Assembly (NCBI GenBank): GCA_904063045.1
Contig: CAJFCJ010000020.1
Location: 1,356,916 to 1,420,915, forward strand
Direction: 5' to 3'
DNA length: 64,000 bases
Source: Dimorphilus gyrociliatus
Lineage: Eukaryota; Animalia; Annelida
Shown here: in pieces, positions 39,865 through 49,232 of the stretch
Position numbering within the stretch: the stretch's first letter is position 1
How the letters are laid out: every line of letters begins with the position of its first letter
The notes under the pieces: generated by a model
The model's database searches: none
Seen by the model: the letters and a program-made list of their open reading frames with translations, nothing else
Told to the model about the DNA's origin: nothing
Translations under genes and position numbers: made by a program

Positions 39865-40638
39865 TTATATCTGGCTATTCTGTAAAGTCTCATCACTAGC
39901 AGTGTTAGAATTGATGTTTTCTTCTTTTAGAGCTTTCTTGTAATTTGAAAATGCTTCAGGTTTGCAACCATAAATCTCAGAGACAAACTCGATAATATTT
40001 TTCTTTGATATTTCTTTATGGGCTTTAACTCCCCATTCGTACATTGTTTTTGGAGGTTCACCATCAATAGTAACAGCGTTGAGGTATCCTTGTTTAACTA
40101 ATTCATTATTTATAAACTTTCGAACACTTCCAAAAACAATATCTGCGTCAGGAGAAATTTGTAATTCTGCTAAACCTGCATACAACTTTTCTTCCATCAA
40201 TGAACCGTCAGACATGTGGATTATTACTAAAATTATATGCGTCAAGGCTAATTTGCTGGGATCATAAGTTTCCAAACATTCATCATTTGGCAAGGTATCA
40301 ATACTGTTCGTAACAATAAACAAATTCGGTCTCATTTCTGTCAAATCCAATCCCATTATTTTCTTGAGCTCCTTCTTGGCTTCTGGATAGATAATGTTGA
40401 AACTTCTACCATCATCGCCGAATACAGCCTTAATCAGATCTGCTCTTTTCAGTGGTATTCCATTCCAAGAATGAATCACATAACAGCAAAACGAAGAGAT
40501 TAGTTCACATTTTCTACTTTCAGTTAAATTTCGTGACTTTTTTTTTTGAGTTTGCGAAGATTCATAGAATTCATCATCGCTGGGATTTTGTGAACTTATG
40601 GCCATTTTATGTTTTGAATTTCGATGAGACCGCGACAT
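39865..40638 (-). CDS. NSMCE3: MAGE-domain protein, NSE3/NSMCE3-like (SMC5/6 subunit), single exon
   Basis: IPLKRADLIKAV, LKKIMGLDLTE, ILVIIHMSDGSLMEEKL, ELVKQGYL and YEWGVKAHKEISK. ATG at 40638 preferred; an upstream ATG at 40689 is possible. Confidence 0.8.
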   Translation of the reverse strand: MSRSHRNSKHKMAISSQNPSDDEFYESSQTQKKKSRNLTESRKCELISSFCCYVIHSWNGIPLKRADLIKAVFGDDGRSFNIIYPEAKKELKKIMGLDLTEMRPNLFIVTNSIDTLPNDECLETYDPSKLALTHIILVIIHMSDGSLMEEKLYAGLAELQISPDADIVFGSVRKFINNELVKQGYLNAVTIDGEPPKTMYEWGVKAHKEISKKNIIEFVSEIYGCKPEAFSNYKKALKEENINSNTASDETLQNSQI

Positions 40639-40681
40639 CTTTGAATATGAAATAAAAGAATCGATTGAAAATGGTGTTGAT

Positions 40682-40691
40682 AACGCCATCT
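40682..40691 (-). promoter_or_regulatory. AGATGGCGTT motif in the NSE3-FAM81 divergent promoter
   Basis: Exact reverse-complement copy of the motif at 24365 and 43631. Confidence 0.5.
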
Positions 40692-40819
40692 ATTGTTTGA
40701 TACTAAGAAGTTGGCGGGTCGTTGTTAACTAGTTGTTTACAAATGGCGTAAATATTCAAGAGGTCTTCCATTTTCCACTTCAAAATCAGTCTTCCGCTAA
40801 CATATTATGTAAGATTAAG

Positions 40820-41920
40820 ATGGCAAGTCCTCGAACTAATGACTTAGCTGTTGAACGCTATTCGGGGGAAACTTATTCGCGAGGTCCTTCAAGAATAGAT
40901 GTTCTTGAAAACAGAATCATTGCAACTGAACGTTCAACAACAGCACTTTTGGACAGAGCACTTAAAATTAAAGAAGATGTCATCGCTAACTTGAATTACA
41001 GTCATGGAACTTGGCAAGAAGAACGAAATGCAAGAGTATCACTACAGGAACATATCAGGACAATCACTGATGCCGTACGAAAGTTAGGATCAGATATCCA
41101 AGAACTAAATTCCCAAATTCGATCAAGAGATGGAACTGTTGAAGGTTCCCAAAATGCTGTTCGTAATCTAGAAATGGCTCATGTTGCTGGGGTTACCGAT
41201 CTAAAAGGCAGAGTCGTTAGATGTGATACAAATATATCTAGATTGGCGACCGACTTAAAAACATGCTATGATCAGCTAAGAAGTACGAACAGTGAACAAA
41301 ATACAACAAATGCGAAATTGGCAGAGAAATTTAATATACAGGATCAAAAAATTTCTCAACTGGCAGCCAAAATTGAAAAAATAACTGGTGAACAAACTAT
41401 GCATCTAAGAAGAGTTGAAGGTGATTCAACCCATCAATTATCTTCTTTAGAAGCAAACACAAGACAATTGATTCAGGAAACGCGTTCTCAAGTTAATACC
41501 TACAGGTCAATGGAAGCCGGAGAAAGAGATAAATTAGAAGCAAGACTAATGGCTCTTATCGAACGATCAAACCATGATAGAGACTCTCGCGTTGATACCT
41601 GGCAAAAACGTGCCGAAGAGGCTGTTAATAATGTGCAGAAACGATTGACAAGACTCGAAGAAGATAACTCCAGAGATAAAGAAAGACAGCAATTGTTGGT
41701 GCAACAGCTGGAAAATAAAATACAGTCTTCCGTACAATCTCAAAATAGATTACAAAAGGAGGAAATGGCGAAATTAAAAAGGGAGGTCAGGGATGGCTTC
41801 ATCGCTCTCAGAGAAGCAATTGATCACATGAAGCAAGTGTTAGATGGAAAAAGGAAGTTATTAGAAGAACAGATAAGAAAAGAAATAGGACAAATACGCA
41901 AAATGGTTGTCCTAATATAA
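40820..41920 (+). CDS. FAM81A: FAM81 family coiled-coil protein, single exon
   Basis: LENRIIATERSTTALLDRALKIKEDVI, LQEHIRTITDAVRKL, LKGRVVRCDTNI and IGQIRKMVVLI*. Confidence 0.75.
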   Translation: MASPRTNDLAVERYSGETYSRGPSRIDVLENRIIATERSTTALLDRALKIKEDVIANLNYSHGTWQEERNARVSLQEHIRTITDAVRKLGSDIQELNSQIRSRDGTVEGSQNAVRNLEMAHVAGVTDLKGRVVRCDTNISRLATDLKTCYDQLRSTNSEQNTTNAKLAEKFNIQDQKISQLAAKIEKITGEQTMHLRRVEGDSTHQLSSLEANTRQLIQETRSQVNTYRSMEAGERDKLEARLMALIERSNHDRDSRVDTWQKRAEEAVNNVQKRLTRLEEDNSRDKERQQLLVQQLENKIQSSVQSQNRLQKEEMAKLKREVRDGFIALREAIDHMKQVLDGKRKLLEEQIRKEIGQIRKMVVLI

Positions 41921-42347
41921 AAAAAAATAGAAATGTGTTTTTTTTTAGGTAATTGATTTTATAATTTTGAGCTTAGGCGATTAATGTTCCCTCCACTCTT
42001 TCAAATATCGATTTATATTTTTTTTAAAACAAAATCAATCCTGCAATTTAATCGACCTAATTAATCTGAATTCTATCAGAAGGAATGTTATTCCTATTGC
42101 TAAGACAATTTCAAACAGGAAATCAATCCATTCTTCAGTGATCGTTGAAAATTTTTTTCAAAAGTTTTTGTTGATTTTTCTTATAAAGTATATTCAACTT
42201 TTGACTATTTAGAAAGTTGAATTGTAGCAACAGTTCATAAATTACTTTATCCTTTATTAGATATTGCTATAATACAATAATTATTAATTTAAAGATTAGA
42301 TTTATTTTACTGTTTTATCATATATGTAAAATCGACTTTCGATATCT

Positions 42348-43560
42348 TTATAAATTTGCTTGCCATGCACTAGTCAACCAATGTCCACCATCGCAAACCA
42401 AAGTTGCTCCAGTAATGTAGGCTGCAATTTCTGATATTAGAAAGAGCGCACCGTTTGCTATTTCGGTACGTGTTCCTAGACGACCCAATGGAATTTGATT
42501 CAACATCGTATTTAAATATTCAGGATTACCTTTGTACGATTTTAATTTAAAAATAAGATATTAAAAGATAAGTTTTATATATAATCGATATTTACTTAAA
42601 CGTCTTAATCCTTCAGTTCCATCCGTTGCTCCGGGTGCAATTCCAACAACCCTAACATTGGAACTACCCCATTCAACCGACATATGTCTTGTAAGTGCAT
42701 CTTTAAAAAAAAATGTGCGTAAATACTTTAATATGGCAGTATACGTAACTAACCGATAGCAGCTTTAGCTGAACCTGCGTGAGCTTGTAAAGGAGTTCCC
42801 CTATAGTCTAGAGTAGCTGTAATATTTAAGATAACTCCACTTTTCTGTCTCTACAAGTTATTAATAAATAAGTAATTTTAGAAAATGGATAAAATTCAAC
42901 TTTATGAATATATTAACTTGAAAGAAAGTCTCAAAAGCGTATTTGCTACATAAAAATGTACCCATGGTGTCAATTTCTAATACAGTTCTATAAGCATTTG
43001 GCGAAAGACCTGTAATAGGGCTGAGGAAATTTCCAGCAGCGCCTAAAAAGAAGAGTATATTTTAGAATACCGTTCGGAAGGAATTTATTTCAACATCTCA
43101 CAGTTTACTAGAACGTCCAATCTACCAAATTCATTTGCGATTGATTCATATAAATTAACTATATTTTCTGGCTAGATAAGAATAAAGTATTTATAAGAGC
43201 AATAACTAAAGATATGGTCAGTTCTAATTATTCACCTTTCTAACGTCTAGCTGAAGACCTAAACATTTTGCATTTGGTCTCTTTACTTTTGACAATTCTT
43301 CTGCTGCTAGCTGAACCCTTTGCAAATTTCTGCTAGCAATTACAACGTTACATCCGTGCCTTAGGAAGATTTCGGCAATTGAGAATCCTATGCCGGATCC
43401 CCCACCTGTAATAAGGGCAACTTTCCCCCTAAAATATCATGCATTAAAGTTTGAATAAGAATAAGATTATTTGAAAAATTGTGTACTTTATTAAATCTTT
43501 ATCAAAGAAATAGCGGTAGTTTTCCGAACATTTTTCGTTAAAACTATTTGATTTTTGCAT
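42348..43560 (-). CDS. DECR2: Peroxisomal 2,4-dienoyl-CoA reductase (SDR family); multi-exon
   Basis: Manual translation: YRYFFDKDL|..[46 protein letters not shown] and [10 protein letters not shown]. Absent from the ORF track. Confidence 0.9.
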
Positions 43561-43630
43561 TTTCGTCTATACGTACTTGAACTCTGCTAGTATTAGGCTA
43601 TGTCATATTAATAACTATGAGAAGACACAC

Positions 43631-43640
43631 AGATGGCGTT
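43631..43640 (+). promoter_or_regulatory. AGATGGCGTT motif in the DECR2-homeobox divergent promoter
   Basis: Exact copy of the motif at 24365 and 40682. Confidence 0.5.
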
Positions 43641-43772
43641 AAAAACAGACTTAGCGGTAACGTTTAGCGGTTCAAAAAGAGTTAACTTTATTATTGTATT
43701 TGCACGCGAGACAAGCGAATCACTCATATTTATCAAATCTAATTGTACAACTGTTGGTGTCGCCTGGTGATC

Positions 43773-44128
43773 ATGCGTGCAAAAACTACAATTAACTTTA
43801 GTATAGACAGTATTTTGAGTGGTATGTATTGGCCTTTAATATAATCCTTTTTATTCTAAATTCTGATAGGTGCTATATGTTAAGGAAGAAGATCCAGAAT
43901 TCAGTTCAACCAGTGGCAAATAGCAGATTTAGAACGAGTTTTCCTCTTTACGCACTATCCAAATATATTTTTAAGGGGTGAACTCGCAGTGAGGCTGAAC
44001 ATATCAGAAAATCGAATTCAGGCAATTTAAATAACATTCAAATTCTATAGAAAAATAAAAGCACATCGTATTTTCAGATTTGGTTTCAGAATAGGAGGGC
44101 CAAGTGGCGAAAAGAACAACGCCGATAA
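43773..44128 (+). CDS. Minimal PRD-class Q50 homeobox protein with N-terminal eh1 motif (about 78 aa)
   Basis: Exons 43773-43821, 43885-44021 and 44078-44128 give MRAKTTINFSIDSILS-GRRSRIQFNQWQIADLERVFLFTHYPNIFLRGELAVRLNISENRIQ|IWFQNRRAKWRKEQRR*. Confidence 0.8.
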
Positions 44129-44169
44129 CGAGTAAACTATTCAACTATCGTACATGAGACGAATTTTTT

Positions 44170-45604
44170 CTAGTAGTTGTCGACTTTTCTGCATATTTCG
44201 TCCGTGAATTCCGAACATTTTGCTGAACCTCCTAAATCACCAGTCAATTTTTGTCCTTCCTTGATAGTTTCAAATACAGCTCTTTCTATACGATCAGCAT
44301 GTTCATAAAATTCCATGTAGCGCAACATCATGACGGCCGAGAGTAAGAGAGCAGTTGGGTTGGCCTTGTCTTGCCCGGCGATGTCTGGAGCAGTACCATG
44401 TACAGATTCCTATATAAAATCATTAGAAAAGACTCGATAAAGAACCATGATATTTATCTTAAGTTATGCACACTTACAAAAATAGCTCCCTGTTCTCCAA
44501 TATTTCCGGAAGGAGTTACCTGTGCACGAAGAACAGATAAGATTTGATTGTCAACGAAAACTAAATTAGACGGTCAACACTTACGCCTAAGCCGCCGATA
44601 AGACCAGCGCACAAATCTGATAATATATCTCCATACAAGTTGGGCATAACAAGAACGTCGAAATGAGTCGGATCGCGCACCATGTTTAAGCATACAGTAT
44701 CCAAATACATTTCTTTGAATGTTATGTCCCTGTTCTTCTCAGCTGCTTGACGGCAACATTTTAAAAATAAGCCATCAGACATTCTCATAATATTTGCCTT
44801 GTGAACGGCTGTAACAGTACGGCGATTATTTGCTCTGGCATATTTGAAAGCGAACTCTGCAACTCTTCTTGAAGCATTTTCTGTGATCAATTTAATACTT
44901 TGTACAACACCATCAACAATTTCGTGCTCTATTCCACTGTATTCTCCTTCAGTATTCTCTCTAATGGTAACGATATCTACATCTTTGTAAGCAGTTTCGT
45001 AGCCTTCAACACTTTTACATGGTCTTACATTGGCATACAGATTAAATTCTTTTCTCAGAGCTAAATTAAGAGAGCGGTGTCCTTTCCCTACTGGAGTTGC
45101 CAAAGGGCCTTTTAGCCCAACATGATTTTTGTTGACCGAGTCGATTGCATTTTGTGGAATATCAAACTTCCCATCTGGGCCCTTAACAGGAGTCACCTAA
45201 TATACACAGTAGTGATATTAGAGTATTAATATCATAAACAATTACCGGGCCTCACTTACGTCGACTGATTCCCACGTGATAGGAACGCCGGCTGCACCAA
45301 ATATCTGCTTAACCGAATTAGATATTTCTGGTCCAATTCCATCACCAGGAATTAGAGTAACCAGGCGAGATTTGTCGGACATGGATCTCCGACTGCATGC
45401 CGAAGCTGTTGAAACCTATAGCGTGAAGGTCAGAACACATGTTAGTCAGTTCAATTTGGATTAAACGAAAAGAGAGAAGAATGTTTAGGTAATATTAACA
45501 ATAATACTGATTACTGATAATCTTAAACTGATAAAAAAACTATAGGAACAATTACAAAAATAGGAAATATTTACAAGTTTAGAAAAAATTTTCTTAGATA
45601 GCAT
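44170..45604 (-). CDS. IDH3A: NAD-dependent isocitrate dehydrogenase subunit alpha; multi-exon
   Basis: [62 protein letters not shown] and [16 protein letters not shown]. Confidence 0.96.
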
Positions 45605-45722
45605 CCTTGACTGTTTGACGGAAAAGTGGTATTCAACTGTGAATGTTTTACAATCATTTTCCGAACCGGGTAAAAAATCTTAATTCCATAGGTTTCCGTA
45701 AAATAGTTTATCTCGAGCGAAA

Positions 45723-46554
45723 ATGGCGGACGTAATTGAAGTCGATGTCGGCGAAGGCGAAGATTTCGGTATTGGTGAAGATGGTGATCGTAAGTTATTT
45801 TCACAAAGATTTATTCAATTAAATGTATAAGATTCTCTATACGCATAGTACATAATTTGATTAGCGCGCTCAGATCGTCATATAACACGATTTTTATATT
45901 ATCGCTCATTTCAGAAGGAATCAAAAGTCTAAAAGAGAAAGCTACAATAAAACGTGGACGAGGTTTTGGAGGTACCCTATATTTAAAAACACATTCATAT
46001 AAACCCTAAATGATATAATATTAATTTTTGTAGAAACAACTAGACCTACTATTGAATCATATGAAGGGATTGACGACGAAGAAGAAGGTCCTGGACCTCA
46101 ACGATGTAAGTTTGTACTGTAATCACGTTGAATTTTTTACTAAAATTAATTCTATCTTTAAGCCGTCGAAGGTTGGATTCTGTTTGTGAGCAACATTCAT
46201 GAAGAAGCTCAAGAGGATGATATTGTTGACAAATTTTCCGAGTATGGAGATATAAAAAACATCAACGTCAACTTGGACCGTCGAACCGGATTCCTTAAAG
46301 TAATTTTTACAATTTACTGAAAACTTATAGTATATATCATCTTAACCAATTAGGGATATTGTCTTGTTGAATACGAAACATTCAAAGAGGCTGATAGCGC
46401 CAGAAGCAATTTAAATGGTTCTGATCTTTTGGGGCAAGCTATTGCTGTTAACTGGGCTTTCAGTCGCGGACCGAGCAAAAAGCGGTAAGTAGTTTACTTG
46501 TATTTTCAGCAAAGCTTATCTATTCTTTTCCTCGACAGAAACAAGCGCAATTAA
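45723..46554 (+). CDS. RBM8A: RNA-binding protein 8A (Y14, exon junction complex); multi-exon
   Basis: GRGF, PGPQR|[31 protein letters not shown]|GYCLVEY. Absent from the ORF track. Confidence 0.95.
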
Positions 46555-47290
46555 GAAATCAAGGGATTGTTGTTTGGTTTAGTTAAAATTTTAGTTCTTG
46601 TACATTTGTTGGTAAAATGCTAAACTTATCGTAATAGTGACTTTTGTAACTACTTCTAAAATAAATTTTTTTTTCATTTTTTCTTCTATTATTGGGTTAA
46701 ATACATTATTGGTAACAAAAAAAAACTTGACATAAAATGGAAACATTTATTCGTGTTTTTATACTTTTGGTTTTTTAATAAACACTGATATATTTGATTT
46801 TGAAGGAATTCTTTAAGTAAACATACTTGTCAACAAACGCTTAAAAATTAGTATCATTCTTAAACTTCGAAATTGGAATACGCACCATACTAAGAACATT
46901 TCAGAAATAAAGAATCGAACTCTTTCTGACGTTTTAGAACTTTATTACAACAAGATATATACAAAAGAAATAAGAATTGAGTAATGAACAACAAAGAAGG
47001 GTTAGTTTGCATGGGTTGTAATGAAAGATTTGTTAGATTGCATATTATGGATTGCTCCCATATATTCTGCGATAGATGCAAAGACAATGGTAGAATTTTG
47101 TTACAGAGACATTCTATAAATTTTAAGATTTTGATATTTTAGTTTTAATGGATAGATGCTGTATTTGTTTAAAAAGAGCAGTTCACTCTAGAGTAGCAAC
47201 AAGATTAATGAAAGTAATTATTACTTTTTTATTATTTTTATTAAAAAACAGAGGATATTGAAAAATATTTTTAAATTTAAGAATGATAGA

Positions 47291-48574
47291 ATGGTGATTA
47301 ACTTTTCTGCTGCTGATAAAAAACCAGAAAATAAAAAAATTCGACCGATTCTTAATGAAATTAAGATAAGGTCAGAGAAGGTAACATATTTATAATAGTC
47401 ATTAATAAGTCAAAAGAAAGTCTGTCGTAGAGTTTACTGAAAAACAAAATGCATTCATTTTCAGAAATTGGACAAACTTTTTTCTCCTAATGTTATTATG
47501 AAAGACAGACGAGTAATGAAAGAATTTATTATAAAAGTACAAATATATTTTTCATGATTTATATATTACAGTATCGTAAAGAGTTAAAGATTAAGCCTTG
47601 TACTTTAATAAAAGATATAAAAAGGTAAACTAAATTAGAAGTAGAAATCTTGATGTAATTTGTTTAATCCTATAGTTTAAAAGAACAATCAAAAATGAAA
47701 TATTCTCAAAAAGAAGTTGCTTTGGAAAATGAAGAAATGGAGGTTTGCTACGAGGTTATCTAGTTTGTTCTTTCTAACAACCATGCTTCTCTCTTGATAG
47801 ATGGATAATACAGCTGAAACTAGTTGGGAAAACCTTTTAATTGAGAAAAATAGGTTGGATTATTACAGTAAATTATTCAGAATATAATTTTTGCTATTTC
47901 AGACAAATAAAATCTTTGAGAGACGAATTGATCTATTTAAAAAGCGAAAATAAGCAATATAGGGAGTTAATGGCTAGAGCGGTTTATATATTCTACTTTT
48001 CATAGAGCAAAAATTTTTAATAAAGTGATTTCAGTTTTCAAAATTATCGGCCGAAGGAGCAGAGGTCGTAAAAGAAAAACTAAAACTAAAATTGGACTTA
48101 AAGCTAAAAAGATCCGTACGAGAATATTAATATAACATATTACTCTTAATAATGTTAGACTTATTCGCTATTTCATTTTTAAAATTTAGGAGTTATCAAC
48201 AAGCTCTTTAAAGTCAATCGACGACAAACATGGTTTCTTTGGTTTAACTAAACGTGATTTCAATGATGCAAGCTCAGGAGACAAGCTGTCGGTAAACTAA
48301 ATTTTTATACATTGGAATCTTAATATATTTTGTTATGATAGGGAGAAGGCATTCTCTGCTAGCGAAGAGATGGATTATAAACCTAAGAAAGCGAAAGAGG
48401 TTTATAGTAATTTTTTAACACAAGATTCTGTTTTTTCACAAAATTTCTTTCTAGATGAGAAAAACGCTAAACTTTCAGACGATAGGCAAGTAAATTTTCA
48501 AGAGAGAGTTTCACTTTATTTTTAAATATTCTACTTCAGGAGTGGAAAATGAAGATATGATTAATGTTTGTTAA
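47291..48574 (+). CDS. Uncharacterised charged, coiled-coil-like protein, about 10 exons
   Basis: A chain of short open exons with GT-AG boundaries and matching phases (e.g. 47291-47380, 47465-47512, 47572-47624, 47676-47742). No family recognised. Confidence 0.6.
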
Positions 48575-49232
48575 AAGATTTTATTTAAATAATTTAAAGT
48601 AAAATTAAAGATTTGTATCATTGAATTATTGTTATTTAAAGACATTATTAACTTTTGAACAAGTTATGATCGTAAAGAGAGGCAATTCTGTGGGTTCTTA
48701 ATAATAAAGTTTCCTTTAAAGTACAGAGATAGAGTCGTTAAACTTTTTTTTTTCATAAATCTTTCCCACTCCGACAAAAACATAGACTAATTGTTTATAT
48801 TATTAGGAAAATGGAATTCTGAAATTAGGTGTTGCATCTTCTTTCATATTAACCTCAACACAAAAATTCATTTTCAAAACTGTTTTATGTATTGTTGATA
48901 TCACTATGCCAGGTAGATATATATGATTTTAGTAGGCTACTATTGTTTTTTTAGCAGTCTGTAATTAATACTGTAGTCTAATAGTTGGGGTACTGCATTA
49001 GGTATGAAAGGGTGAAATGTGTGGATGAAATTAGTAATACATATATTTTTAATATTGAGCTGTAGAATTTCTTTAATCAAAGAAGAAATGCTGAATATTT
49101 TACTAATAAAATAAATGAATTAGAAAGAAACACAGATTTTATATTTATTTAAATTAAAATATACATCCGTTCAGTAGAAAAAGAAAGGTGAAGAGAAATT
49201 GTTTTTTAGTTGCACTTAATATTCTAAAACAC

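Noticed and set aside
48486-48539. Possible GC-AG last intron in the orphan gene
   Set aside because: A GT donor 4 nt downstream also gives an open short terminal exon, so the evidence is ambiguous.
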